NCBI GenBank assembly: GCA_040899905.1
Contig: JBBDZX010000005.1
Location: 809,763-873,762 of the forward strand
From: Anaerolineales bacterium
GTDB taxonomy: Bacteria > Chloroflexota > Anaerolineae > Anaerolineales > E44-bin32
Reading direction: 5' to 3'
DNA length: 64,000 bases
Shown here: positions 1-9,788 of the stretch, one piece after another
Numbering within the stretch: the stretch's first letter is position 1
Layout: every line of letters starts with the position of its first letter
The notes under the pieces: generated by a model
Seen by the model: the letters and a program-made list of their open reading frames with translations, nothing else
Told to the model about the DNA's origin: nothing
The model's database searches: none
Translations under genes and position numbers: made by a program

Positions 1-147
1 CAGGATGTATCGTCAAACTCTCGATCCGCGACGGGCGTCACATTGCGAGCCACCTTGGCGTGGCCATATACTGGGAGCCTGGATGGCTGACCCGAAGAAG
101 AAGTCTCCCTCGGGAAAGCCGCCCCCATCCGCAGGAGGAGGGACTCG

Positions 148-336
148 ATGGAGCCAAGACAGGCAAGCTCAGGGAGCCAAACAGCGATTGTGGCGATTGT
201 GGCCTTGCTCGTGATCGCGCTCATCGCTTATGGCGCTTATGCGGTCTTCATGGGCTCGAACCGCGATGGCGGCGCGCAGCCCACAGCGGAGGCCGGCTCG
301 ACTTTGCCGATTCCGCTTCCGACCCTTTATCCGTGA
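148..336 (+). CDS. Small single-pass membrane protein (62 aa)
   Basis: GGAGGAGGG RBS before ATG; one hydrophobic helix (IVAIVALLVIALIAYGAYAVF) and a Pro/Thr-rich tail. Confidence 0.65.
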   Translation: MEPRQASSGSQTAIVAIVALLVIALIAYGAYAVFMGSNRDGGAQPTAEAGSTLPIPLPTLYP

Positions 337-419
337 AGCTGACGAATTGAGCTCGCGAAGTTAGGAAAGGAAGAGACGTGGGGGAGTCGTCGAGTGGTTA
401 TGGCAGGGCTTGCGCAAAC

Positions 420-2321
420 CTACTTGGAGCCGGAAGCGGAACAGCCGTTGTCGAAGGTAACCTCAAGGGTGTAACCGGTGAGGGCGGCCGGGTCACTGAA
501 GTCGAACTCCAGCGTGTCGTTGTTGCCTGGGCCGATGTAGCGGTTCCCCGTCCAATTCGAGTTGATATAGGTCGGCGGGTTGTTGTCTCCATCATCCCAA
601 ATGGTGTTGCCTCGAAGATTGACCTCGTCGAAATCGCCATTCGAGTCCGGCCAGTCGAGGTCGATCACGACGATCTTCACAACCGTGGATCCACCGTTCG
701 AGACGTTGACTCGCATGCGGCTGAGAAGCGGGACCCAATTACTCAAGCTGTAGTCGCCGCAATCGGGCCCCGATGGCGTGCCGGTGGGCGCCGTCGTCGC
801 GCTGGGAGCCGAAGTCGGTGACGCGGGCAGTGAGGTCGAGGTGGTCGAGGCCGCCGCCGAGGGTGAAGCCGACGGGACCGGGGAACTGGAAGCCACGGGG
901 GTGTTGGAGGCTGTGGGCGACGGCCCGAAGGTCGCGGATACGGCAGGAGTGGCCGTCCTGGTTGGCGTGCGCGTAGGGGTGCGGCTGGGTGTCGGAGTTC
1001 GGGTCGGAGTGCGGGTCGGCGTCTGGGAGGCAACGATCGCCCCTGTCCCGGATCCGGTCGCGGTTTCCTCGACGAGCGCAGTTTCCGTCGCCGGCGGACC
1101 CTCCGAGGTGGCCGAAGGGTTCAAGACCTCCATCGTCAAGGCGACGGCCGTGTTGATCGCATCCGGCCCGGCCAGTTCCGCATGGGAAGCTGCGACCTCG
1201 GTCGAGAGCGCCTGAATGGTCGCGGCGGCGGCGGTGATTTGCGAGTCGGGGATTCCGGCGGGCGGCAGGCCACTGCTCTCCGCGGGATTCGTCAAGGGTC
1301 GGAGCAATTCGATCATCGACGAAGCGCCCAGCGGGCAGGCGAAGGCGAGCGCCACCAGCAGGGGCACGAGCAGGGCCCAGGACCGTCGCTTTCTCCGGGG
1401 AGCAGGCTTGGGGAGAGGCTGCGTCAACCCCTGCGCTGGCCGCGGAAGGCGGGCTGAAGAAGGGACCTCCACGACGGGCGGCGCCGGGAGGCGCGGGTTC
1501 AATGCATATTGAAGCCCGGCCTGGAAGGCGCGGTTCATCTCGCCGACGGAAGAGAAACGCTCGGCCGGGTTGCGAGCCGTGGCTTTAAGGATCACGCGCT
1601 CGATGGCCTCGGGGATCTTGGGGTTGATGTCGCGCGGCCGGGGGAAGGGATCGTTGAGCACCTTCACGATGGCCGCCATCGGGGTGTCCCCTTCGAACGG
1701 AAGCTTGCCGACGGTCAGCTCGAAGATGAGCACGCCCAGGGAGTATTGATCCGAAGGCGGGCCCACCTCGCCGCCCGAGACCGCTTCCGGTGAGACGTAG
1801 GCCGGCGTCCCGAGCAGCGCGGATCCGGTCAGGCTGACCGAGGCATCGCCAATCTGGGCCAGGCCGAAGTCGGCCAGGTGAGCCGCCTCACCCTCGAGCA
1901 GGACATTGGAGGGTTTGACATCTCGATGAACGACGCCCATCTGATGTGCGTGGTCGAGAGCCCCCGAAACGCTTTCGATGATCCGCGCCCCATCCAGTGG
2001 AAGGACGGGACCCTGTCGCATTCGACGCGCCAGGCTCCCTTCCTGATAGAAGGGCATGACGAGAAATAGGTAGCCCTCGGCCTGGCCGAATTCCAAAATA
2101 GGGACAATGTTGGGATGCTTGAGGTCGGAGAGGATCCGGGCCTCGCGCTCGAACCGCCGGACGAACGTCCGGTCCTCCGCCAGCGCGGGCGCCAGCACCT
2201 TGACCGCGACCCACATCTTGCGCACGCGGTCGAAGCCGCGATAGACCGCGGCCATGCCGCCCTGGCCGGCCAATTCGATCAGCTCATACGAGCTCAGAGA
2301 CTTGCCAACGAGACTCGCCAT
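420..2321 (-). CDS. Hanks-type Ser/Thr protein kinase with TM helix, PT-rich linker and extracellular C-terminal domain
   Basis: GQGGMAAVY, VAVK, HRDVKPSN, DFG and GTPAYVSPE motifs; TM helix WALLVPLLVALAF; TPTR repeats. Confidence 0.95.
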   Translation of the reverse strand: MASLVGKSLSSYELIELAGQGGMAAVYRGFDRVRKMWVAVKVLAPALAEDRTFVRRFEREARILSDLKHPNIVPILEFGQAEGYLFLVMPFYQEGSLARRMRQGPVLPLDGARIIESVSGALDHAHQMGVVHRDVKPSNVLLEGEAAHLADFGLAQIGDASVSLTGSALLGTPAYVSPEAVSGGEVGPPSDQYSLGVLIFELTVGKLPFEGDTPMAAIVKVLNDPFPRPRDINPKIPEAIERVILKATARNPAERFSSVGEMNRAFQAGLQYALNPRLPAPPVVEVPSSARLPRPAQGLTQPLPKPAPRRKRRSWALLVPLLVALAFACPLGASSMIELLRPLTNPAESSGLPPAGIPDSQITAAAATIQALSTEVAASHAELAGPDAINTAVALTMEVLNPSATSEGPPATETALVEETATGSGTGAIVASQTPTRTPTRTPTPSRTPTRTPTRTATPAVSATFGPSPTASNTPVASSSPVPSASPSAAASTTSTSLPASPTSAPSATTAPTGTPSGPDCGDYSLSNWVPLLSRMRVNVSNGGSTVVKIVVIDLDWPDSNGDFDEVNLRGNTIWDDGDNNPPTYINSNWTGNRYIGPGNNDTLEFDFSDPAALTGYTLEVTFDNGCSASGSK

Positions 2322-2482
2322 ACCTCACTCGCGGAGCGCCCTGCCGTTCCGGCGTCACTCCAATTCAAGAATAATCGAAATGGCTGCCCGGAGCGCTTGC
2401 GCCGCGCTTGCAGGGCCCCGCATGGAGCTTACGGACTCCTTGCGCGGCCACGACCCCAGAGCATCGACGATCCGTGAGCCGC

Positions 2483-2507
2483 TTGTGATATTCTTCACTA
2501 TCGTGAA
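2483..2507. promoter_or_regulatory. Candidate Rex/CRP-family operator between divergent genes
   Basis: TTGTGA-TATTCT-TCACTA (2483-2500), overlapping the perfect inverted repeat TTCAC-TATC-GTGAA (2494-2507); CATAAT at 2516-2521. Confidence 0.35.
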
Positions 2508-2607
2508 ACTGGTAGCATAATCGGCCGGCGGCCCGCCTCCCGACCGCCTTGGAGCCCCCCTGCCCCAAACCTCCGCCCCTGTTCAGGCCGAAGGGAATCC
2601 GCGCAGA

Positions 2608-4245
2608 GTGCCATCGTGGGCCTGGGCGATCCCTCCCGTTCTGTTCGCGATTCATCCCGCCGTCTCGCTGCTCGCCTCCAACCTTCCCGATGCGGTTCCG
2701 GCGGATGCGCTTCGCCCCGCCCTGGCGTCCGGCGCGCTCGGGTTGATCGCGTTCACAGCCGCGTGGATTGTTCTTCGCCGGCTGTGGAAGGCGTGCCTCG
2801 TGGCCTGCCTGATCATCCTCGTCTTCTTTTCCTACGGCCCGGTATACATGCCCCTGAAGGCCGTCGAGATCCTTGGCGTCACTCTCGGCCGACATCGAAT
2901 CCTCTTGCCAGCCCTGGTGGTGGCCCTGGCCCTGATCGCGTGGCGCGTGGCCCTCTCTCCGAGCTCGGGCAGGCTCGTGTTTCCTGTGCTGGCGCTCGTC
3001 TCACTGGCGGCCCCCCTCCCGCCTGCGGTGCAGGTGGTTCTCTACACCCTGCGAGCGAGACAAACTTCCCTCCGCCCGTCGGCCTCCGCGCCGGCGGGCC
3101 CTGTTCTCCACCTGCGCGTCGCGGGTCCCGCGGCCCGGCCGGACATTTACTTCATCATCCTGGACGCGCACGCCCGGGAGGATGTCGTGCGCGACTACTA
3201 TGGCGACACGGCCTACGACTTCCCCGAAGCCTTGCGGGCGATGGGGTTCGTCGTGGCCGACGAGGCCCGCAGCAATTACCTTCGCACCGTTCTGTCTGTC
3301 CCGGCGACACTCAATATGGAGTACCTGGACGAGTTGGGCATCGATTTGCTCGACCCGGATTATCAGATTCCCCTGACCGACGCGCTCGCCCACAGTCGCA
3401 CCCGAAGCCTGCTCGAGGGGATCGGCTACTCCATGTATGCCGTGACGTCCAGCTATCGGCCCACCGAGATCGTCGATGCCGATCACTACCTGGCGCCCGA
3501 AATGGGAGAGCTCGACCGGCTCGAGGTCTATTGGGCGTTCACGAATTTCGAGCAGCTCTTGGTCCGCCAGTCCGCCCTGGTCGCGCTGCTGGACTTGCAA
3601 ACCCAGCTTGATAGTTCGGCGGCCGGGTTTCTGGCGCAGGGACTCGACAATGCCAAGGCCATTCGGCGAGAGATCGTCCTCTCCGCCCTCCGGAACCTCG
3701 AGGAAGCGCCTCGCATTCCCGGGCCGAAGTTCTACTTCGTTCACATCATCTCTCCCCATTACCCGTACCTGTTCGGTCCCTCCGGGGAGGTCACGGACTA
3801 TCCCATCCCAACCGGGAACGAGGACACGTTGGTCCTGCCCGGCACTCCCACATGGACTCGGTACCGGGACCAGATGGAGTTTATCGACGACGAGATCGCC
3901 CGCATCGTCCGGGGCATCCTCGCCCAGTCGGCTACGCCGCCGGTCATCCTCATCCATTCCGACCACGGCCCCGATACGGGCACCGAGCTCGCGCAGCCTG
4001 ACTCCCTCTCCATGCATCACCGCACGGCGATCTTGAGCGCTGCGTACCTGCCCACGGAGTGCCGCGACGACTACTACCCATCCGTCAGCTCGGTGAATAC
4101 GTTTCGAATCGTCCTGAATTGCCTCTTTGATGCCGGTCTTCCCTTGAAGGCCGACCGTTCGTTCCTCGATGACGAGACAACCCAGGGCCTGGTCCTGTTC
4201 CCGCTCCCTTTGCCAGAAGACGGGCAAGACTCGGAGGTCCCATGA
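2608..4245 (+). CDS. Membrane-anchored sulfatase/alkaline-phosphatase superfamily protein (LTA synthase-like)
   Basis: About 5 N-terminal TM helices, then DIYFIILD, SNYxxT, HxxSPHYPY and HSDHG metal-binding motifs. Confidence 0.8.
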   Translation: MPSWAWAIPPVLFAIHPAVSLLASNLPDAVPADALRPALASGALGLIAFTAAWIVLRRLWKACLVACLIILVFFSYGPVYMPLKAVEILGVTLGRHRILLPALVVALALIAWRVALSPSSGRLVFPVLALVSLAAPLPPAVQVVLYTLRARQTSLRPSASAPAGPVLHLRVAGPAARPDIYFIILDAHAREDVVRDYYGDTAYDFPEALRAMGFVVADEARSNYLRTVLSVPATLNMEYLDELGIDLLDPDYQIPLTDALAHSRTRSLLEGIGYSMYAVTSSYRPTEIVDADHYLAPEMGELDRLEVYWAFTNFEQLLVRQSALVALLDLQTQLDSSAAGFLAQGLDNAKAIRREIVLSALRNLEEAPRIPGPKFYFVHIISPHYPYLFGPSGEVTDYPIPTGNEDTLVLPGTPTWTRYRDQMEFIDDEIARIVRGILAQSATPPVILIHSDHGPDTGTELAQPDSLSMHHRTAILSAAYLPTECRDDYYPSVSSVNTFRIVLNCLFDAGLPLKADRSFLDDETTQGLVLFPLPLPEDGQDSEVP

Positions 4246-5444
4246 CCGAAACGCTGCCGATCCTTCAGATTCCGGCCGAGGAGCATAAGGCGCGCGCTTC
4301 CCGACTGGCGGAATTCGCGCGCCGGCAGGACTGGACCGGCGTCGTGCTCTTCGATCGGGATTACATCCTTTACTACACGGGCTTTGCCTTCATCCCCACC
4401 GAGCGGCCGATGGCCTTCCTCCTCGATGCACAAGGCAAGGCGTCTCTGTTCGTCCCCCGGCTCGAACGCGAGCACGCCGCGTCGCAGCCCGCGGTGGATC
4501 TTGTGGAGGAGTATCCCGAGTATCCGGATCGCCCGCATCCGATGGAACGCCTGGCCGCGCTCATGGGCGCCATGGGCGTGCGCGGACGCGTCGGGGCCGA
4601 CGAGGACGGCTACCCATGGCAGTTCGGTTACCGCGGGCCGCGGCTCTCGGAGCTGACCGGGGCGACGATCACGCCGATCCGCGCCTTCGTCGAGGATCAG
4701 ATGGCCGTCAAGTCCGAGGCGGAACTCCGCTGCATCCGGGAAAGTGTGCGCTGGGCCACGCTGGCCCACACGCTCCTCCAGCAATACACCGTCGTCGGAG
4801 CGCGCGAGACCGAGGTCAGCCAGCGCGCCAGCAGCGAAGCCACGCGGGCGATGCTGGATGCGATCGGCCCTGCCTATCGAGCCCAGAGCGCCACCGAAGA
4901 CGGACCGAGCGCCGGATACCGCGGCCAGATCGGCCGCCAGGCCGCGATTCCCCACTCCCTGACCTCCAACCTGACGTTCCAACCCGGCGACGTCCTCGTC
5001 ACCGGCGCCGGGGCTCCGGTCTGGGGATACCTTTCGGAGCTCGAGAGGACGATGTTCGTCGGGCCTCCCGGAGACTCCGCCCGCAGAATGTTCGAGCACA
5101 TGCTCGCCCTCCAAGACACCGCTTTGCGTGTTCTGCGTCCGGGGGTCGCGTGCGCGCAGGTGGATCGGGCCGTGCGAGCCTATTTCGAAGACCATCAGCT
5201 GATGGAGTGCTGGCGCCACCACTCCGGGCACGCGATCGGGATTCGCTATCATGAGGGTCCCTTCCTCGACTCCGGAGACGATACGCAGATCCGCCCCGGA
5301 ATGGTCTTCACCGTCGAACCCGGCCTCTACCGTACTGGATTGGGAGGCTTCCGCCACTCCGACACCGTCGTGATCACCGAAGACGGGACTGAGATTCTCA
5401 CCGCGTATCCCCGGGACCTTGAGAGCCTGACCCTCCCGGTCTGA
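4242..5444 (+). CDS. Xaa-Pro peptidase family protein (M24)
   Basis: Creatinase-like N domain; KSEAEL, SELERT, HHSGHAIGIRYHEGP, TVEPGLY and HSDTV motifs; ATGA overlap with the upstream gene. Confidence 0.9.
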   Translation: MTETLPILQIPAEEHKARASRLAEFARRQDWTGVVLFDRDYILYYTGFAFIPTERPMAFLLDAQGKASLFVPRLEREHAASQPAVDLVEEYPEYPDRPHPMERLAALMGAMGVRGRVGADEDGYPWQFGYRGPRLSELTGATITPIRAFVEDQMAVKSEAELRCIRESVRWATLAHTLLQQYTVVGARETEVSQRASSEATRAMLDAIGPAYRAQSATEDGPSAGYRGQIGRQAAIPHSLTSNLTFQPGDVLVTGAGAPVWGYLSELERTMFVGPPGDSARRMFEHMLALQDTALRVLRPGVACAQVDRAVRAYFEDHQLMECWRHHSGHAIGIRYHEGPFLDSGDDTQIRPGMVFTVEPGLYRTGLGGFRHSDTVVITEDGTEILTAYPRDLESLTLPV

Positions 5445-5460
5445 TCGGGAACGGAGGCCG

Positions 5461-5901
5461 ATGATGGAGTCTTCCGCAAAGGGGCGAAGCCGTCACGTCG
5501 AGCTCGACCTGGACCAGCTGGTCGAACTGCAGCCCGGGTTGGGACGACTGATGCCGGAGGTGGGACGGCGCTACTGGATCCTGTATTACGCAGCCCAGGG
5601 TGGGAATTGGGAATTGGCCCGCTATCAATGGCGCGGGCTGCAAACCCTCTTCGGGATGGGAGCCATGCTCCGGCCGAAGATGGCGATGCACTTACACTCG
5701 TTCCAGGCTTCGACGATGCAGGACCTGGAGCGGGCCATGGAGAACCGGTCTTGGCCGGAGTTTGAGCGGGTTTTCCAAGCCGGGATCGAACTCGCCAATC
5801 GGCTTCACGTGGCGACGAACCACCCGGAAATCCGATGGGTGCTGCCCGCCGAGCCCCCGCAGGACTTGGATCTAGGGCCGGCGCCGTCCGATCCGGCATG
5901 A
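5461..5901 (+). CDS. Hypothetical helical protein resembling a four-helix c-type cytochrome but lacking CxxCH
   Basis: GGAGG RBS; QPGLGRLM...AAQGGNWELARYQ...ANRLH; stop overlaps the next ATG. Confidence 0.7.
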   Translation: MMESSAKGRSRHVELDLDQLVELQPGLGRLMPEVGRRYWILYYAAQGGNWELARYQWRGLQTLFGMGAMLRPKMAMHLHSFQASTMQDLERAMENRSWPEFERVFQAGIELANRLHVATNHPEIRWVLPAEPPQDLDLGPAPSDPA

Positions 5902-6431
5902 CCCGCCGCGCACTGTCCCCCACGGAGGTCGGCGAGGCCCAGTCGGTGTTCCAGAACTCCCTCGACCTCCGCCGCGTCCACGTGGTGGAGGGAGCGGCCT
6001 GGACCAACTGGATCGCGCGTTTCGCAGCCTGGCTCAAACGGGAGCCGCCTCCCCGCCTGGCGAATGCCGTAGGGCTTGCCAATCAGGTCTTCTTTCCACA
6101 CCCGCTGCGGACCACGCCGGAGGATTTGGGCGCCGGGTACATCGTAGACATGGCCTGGCTGATCCACGAGCTCACCCACGCCTGGCAGTTCCAGCACACC
6201 GGGCTGAACTACATCCTCCGGGCTCTTGTCCTGCACCTGACCAAAGGGAAGGAGCTGTACGACTACGGAGGCGCGGAGGGTTTGCGCAAGGCGCTGAAAA
6301 CGGGAGTGGGCTGGGAAGATTTCAACCCGGAACAACAGGGGGATATCACGCGCCACTACTACATCGAACGTAAGCGCGGCCGAGACACCTCGGCCTGGGA
6401 TCCGTACATCGAGGAAATGCGGGCGATGTAG
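5898..6431 (+). CDS. Zincin-like metallopeptidase (DUF4157-like)
   Basis: LIHELTHAWQ (HExxH) and FNPEQQGDI; ATG 5898 in an ATGA overlap. Confidence 0.75.
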   Translation: MTRRALSPTEVGEAQSVFQNSLDLRRVHVVEGAAWTNWIARFAAWLKREPPPRLANAVGLANQVFFPHPLRTTPEDLGAGYIVDMAWLIHELTHAWQFQHTGLNYILRALVLHLTKGKELYDYGGAEGLRKALKTGVGWEDFNPEQQGDITRHYYIERKRGRDTSAWDPYIEEMRAM

Positions 6432-6707
6432 TTGCCTCCGCCCGTAGGCCTGTCCCTCGCGGGGCACGCAAGAGAACGAGGATCGCCATCTTCGCCCGCG
6501 CCAAGCCCTCGAGATTCCTCCCTAATCGAGGCCTCGAGGCGCCGCACGGGCCGCCCCGACCCCCATCGGCGCCCCAGGGCCATCGACGACCGTCCCTCCC
6601 CCCCTTGCGAATATCGTGCGTCGCTCGAGAGTGCACTGTGTCCATTCACATCTGTGGGGTGTATTCGCTCCCAGAGGGGTAATCTAACGGGCCCGGCTCC
6701 AGGGATC

Positions 6708-6771
6708 CCACGGCCCCTTCGACTTCGCCAAGAGTAGGTGCCTCTAGGCACTCAGGGCAGGCTCTCCGTGG
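6708..6771. repeat. REP-like palindromic unit with a 22-bp internal insert
   Basis: CCCTTCGACTTCGC (6715-6728) ... CTCAGGGCAGGCT (6751-6763), flanked by the inverted repeat CCACGG/CCGTGG. Confidence 0.4.
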
Positions 6772-6837
6772 TCGGCCATGCGGCCGTCTCCTCCGGTCCT
6801 GGAGTGACCGCTTGAGCTCGGGCCCGAAGGGGGCGAT

Positions 6838-7386
6838 TCATCCCGGGATTCGCGGTTCGTACCATAGCAGGTGCGAGAGACTCTTGAACGTGGCTCCCGC
6901 ACCTTCCCCCATGAAGAGCACCGCAGACTCGAGGGGGATCTGGGGATGGCGATAGGTTAGGAACACTCCCGGCGAATCGGACAGCGCGGACCGAACGACA
7001 AGGTCGGAGAGGGACTGTAGCCGGGGCAGGCGGGAGAGTTGCTCGAGGCCGAGGAATTCTGCTGCGTCAACTTCCTCCCCATCCGCCACGGCGGTCGAGG
7101 TCTCCGTGGTGAGCAGGAAGATGAAGTAGGTGTTGTTCTCCCCCTCCGTGACTCTGTTCAGCACGGCCAGAAGACCCACCACGGCCGCGTCCACACCGGT
7201 CTCCTCTCGGACCTCCCGACGCGCGGCCGCAAGCAGGCTCTCGCCGGAGTCCATGAAACCCCCGGGGATTTGCCAATCGCCCTCCCGGCCGGCGGCCGAC
7301 CTGCGTACGAGCAGTGCCCTATCACCATGAAGTACAACCCCTCCGACCGAGACCGTGGTTCGGCGGGCGGTTGGCGCTTGTCCCAT
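6838..7386 (-). CDS. NUDIX hydrolase
   Basis: Nudix box GGFMDSGESLLAAARREVREETG; GGAGG RBS. Confidence 0.92.
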   Translation of the reverse strand: MGQAPTARRTTVSVGGVVLHGDRALLVRRSAAGREGDWQIPGGFMDSGESLLAAARREVREETGVDAAVVGLLAVLNRVTEGENNTYFIFLLTTETSTAVADGEEVDAAEFLGLEQLSRLPRLQSLSDLVVRSALSDSPGVFLTYRHPQIPLESAVLFMGEGAGATFKSLSHLLWYEPRIPG

Positions 7387-7510
7387 GTGACCTCCGTCCT
7401 TTGGCGATCAGCGAGCGTCCGGACAGGACCGAAGCCGTCGGACGACACGGCCAAGCCCGAAAACGGTTGGCGGTCAGACAGGTCGAGGGCGTCTACGATC
7501 TCCAAGATCG

Positions 7511-7539
7511 TTGTCAACGGCACCCGCCAACGATACAAT
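7511..7539 (+). promoter_or_regulatory. Sigma70-type promoter, probably giving a leaderless mRNA
   Basis: TTGTCA-17bp-TACAAT; in-frame GTG starts at 7546. Confidence 0.65.
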
Positions 7540-7545
7540 CCGGGG

Positions 7546-8328
7546 GTGTCAGCGCCTCCGCCAGGCTCCGTGTCACAGACCGCGGCCGGCTCCCGCATCG
7601 CCCTCGTCCTCCTCGACATTGACGGCGTGTTGACCGAGGGCGAAGGCAAACCCCTTGACCTGGATCTTCTGGCCACCCTGGCCGGGATGAACCGCCGCGC
7701 CCGGGCGGATCCCCGCCTCCCCGCAGTCACACTGTGCAGCGGCAGGCCAGCGCCATATGTGGAAGTGCTCCAACAAGGAATCGACGGGCACCTGCCGGCG
7801 ATTTTCGAGAACGGCGCCGGCCTCTACGTGCCTCAACCCTATGGGTTCTTGGCACACCCCTCTCTGCATGGCGTGGATCATTTGCCAAAGGTTCGGGCGG
7901 CCCTTGAGCGTGGGTTGATCGATCGCGGGCTGGCCTTCATCCAACCGGGGAAGATCTACAGCCTGACTCTCTTCGCCACCGATCCATCTCAGACGCCCCT
8001 TCTCCGGGCGTGGACGGTGGAGGCCTTGGGGCCTCTCGCAAATGAAGTTCAGTTGGTCTATTCCACCTCGTGCCTCAACGTGCTCCCGCCAGGGGTGGAT
8101 AAAGGCAAGGGAGCTTCGTTCCTGAGCCAGCACACTGGGATCCCCCTCCAAGCGATGCTGGCGGTGGGCGACTCGGATGTCGATCTGCCGCTCCTGGACG
8201 CGGTGGGGCACAGCGCCGCGCCCTCCAACGCCGAGGCGGGCGTCCGGAACTCGGCGGACTTCGTCGCCGATCGCCCCACCGCCGACGCCGTGCGCGACAT
8301 CCTCACCCACTACGGACTCCTCCAGTGA
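7546..8328 (+). CDS. HAD-superfamily (Cof/subfamily IIB) phosphatase
   Basis: LDIDGVL, SGR, ENGA, DKGKG and GDSDVDL motifs; start moved from ORF-track 7039 to GTG 7546 (GTG 7570 is possible). Confidence 0.88.
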   Translation: MSAPPPGSVSQTAAGSRIALVLLDIDGVLTEGEGKPLDLDLLATLAGMNRRARADPRLPAVTLCSGRPAPYVEVLQQGIDGHLPAIFENGAGLYVPQPYGFLAHPSLHGVDHLPKVRAALERGLIDRGLAFIQPGKIYSLTLFATDPSQTPLLRAWTVEALGPLANEVQLVYSTSCLNVLPPGVDKGKGASFLSQHTGIPLQAMLAVGDSDVDLPLLDAVGHSAAPSNAEAGVRNSADFVADRPTADAVRDILTHYGLLQ

Positions 8329-9131
8329 ACCGGCCTTTCAAACTCTCCATCCAGGAAGACATGCTCCCCGGTCCGACTCTGGACGACCGATTCGCTCAGG
8401 CGGCGGACCTTGGATTGCAGGGCATCGAGTTCTGGAGCGAAACCCTCCCTGCCCAGGCCCATGACATCGATCGCCTCAGCGGCACGAACGGAGTGGTGGT
8501 TTCGTCCATTAACAACGGTCGGCGTTCCCGCTTTCTGGATCCTGATCCGGAGGAGCGCGCCCGGGCCTTGGCTGAGCTGATCGAGGCTCTTCACCTCGGC
8601 AGCCGCCTCGGCGCGGCGGGGGTCGTGTTCGTGCCCCATTTCTTCGGCCCGCTGCTTCCCGACCTGTCACCGTTTCTTTCCATCGTCGACCTCGAGCGGG
8701 GGCTGCTCCGGGCCCAGCTGCAAGGGCTAGCCGAAGAGGCCCAGCGGGCCGGTATTGCCTTGTGGTTGGAGCCGGTGAATCGATACGAGACGCACCTGCT
8801 GGTGAGGCTCCAGGATGCCGTCTCCATGGTGGAACCGCTGCCCCAGCTCGGCATTGTGGCCGACCTATTCCACATGGCGTTGGACGAGCCGGATATTGCG
8901 GACGCGATTCGCCGGCACGCCGCTCACATCGGCCATGTGCATTTGGCCGACAACAACCGTCGCCTTCCGGGCCAGGGCTCCACAGACTTTTCCCCCATCC
9001 TGCAAGCTCTCGGTCGAATCGGCTTCGCCGGATGGCTGACATTCGAATGTGGCGAACCCGGTCGGAACGGCGGCAGGGCCCGGGATTACCAGGAAGCCCT
9101 GCCGGCCAGCATCAAGTCCCTCTGGCTGTAA
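8325..9131 (+). CDS. Sugar phosphate isomerase/epimerase (xylose-isomerase-like TIM barrel)
   Basis: LEPVNRYE, DLFHM, HVHLADNNR.PGQG and TFEC motifs; GTGA overlap. Confidence 0.9.
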   Translation: MNRPFKLSIQEDMLPGPTLDDRFAQAADLGLQGIEFWSETLPAQAHDIDRLSGTNGVVVSSINNGRRSRFLDPDPEERARALAELIEALHLGSRLGAAGVVFVPHFFGPLLPDLSPFLSIVDLERGLLRAQLQGLAEEAQRAGIALWLEPVNRYETHLLVRLQDAVSMVEPLPQLGIVADLFHMALDEPDIADAIRRHAAHIGHVHLADNNRRLPGQGSTDFSPILQALGRIGFAGWLTFECGEPGRNGGRARDYQEALPASIKSLWL

Positions 9132-9194
9132 TTCTCTTCCGACCACGCGCGGCGGGGCATAGGATCCTTGCCGCCCGGCTCGCTCTCCTTGGGC

Positions 9195-9785
9195 CTAGGC
9201 CTCAGCTTCCAAGGCCGACAGGATCGGAAGAAGTTCCCCCGGCTCCCGGATCGTGAAGCGCGGTTCCTCCGATGGGTCGGCGGGCTCTTGGGCGTAGCGC
9301 GGCGACCAGTTCATCCACACGCTGATGATCTGCAGCTGGTTGGCGCCCTTCACGTCGCGCTCGAGGCGGTTGCCGACCATGACCGTTCGCGGGTAATCGC
9401 GTTCGGCGATCCCGAGCTGATCCAACGCATAAACAAACATGCGCCGGTCAGGCTTCAGGGTGTTCAACAACTCCGAGACGGCGAATACCTCGAAGAGTTC
9501 GTGCAGGCCATGCTGCGTGAGAACGTTGCGGTAGGTCCCGGGCCGGCCGTCAGCCACCAGCGCCAGGCGGTAGCCGCGGCGCTTCAATTCGAACAGCATT
9601 TCGGCCGTACCCGGGATGAGATCCCCGCGCAGGGAGGTCTGCGCCTCGTCCTTGACCTCGCTACCTTCGTCCACAAGGGTGTCGCCGAAGTCGAAGCACA
9701 CAGCCAGAATGTGGGGGGGCATAAGCACTCGCGCCTGCGGGGAGAGATCCGAGGGTCGCCCCGCAGTTGCCGCGGGTACCTCCAT
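9195..9785 (-). CDS. HAD-family hydrolase
   Basis: FDFGDTL, KPD and VGNRLERDVKGA motifs; lies 3 nt after the ABC ATPase stop. Confidence 0.88.
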   Translation of the reverse strand: MEVPAATAGRPSDLSPQARVLMPPHILAVCFDFGDTLVDEGSEVKDEAQTSLRGDLIPGTAEMLFELKRRGYRLALVADGRPGTYRNVLTQHGLHELFEVFAVSELLNTLKPDRRMFVYALDQLGIAERDYPRTVMVGNRLERDVKGANQLQIISVWMNWSPRYAQEPADPSEEPRFTIREPGELLPILSALEAEA

Positions 9786-9788
9786 GGA

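Noticed and set aside
5898-6431. Contractile injection system marker (DUF4157-like)
   Set aside because: No sheath, tube, baseplate or VgrG genes are in the window.
7039-7545. N-terminal extension of the HAD ORF
   Set aside because: Overlaps the NUDIX gene on the other strand and spans the promoter.
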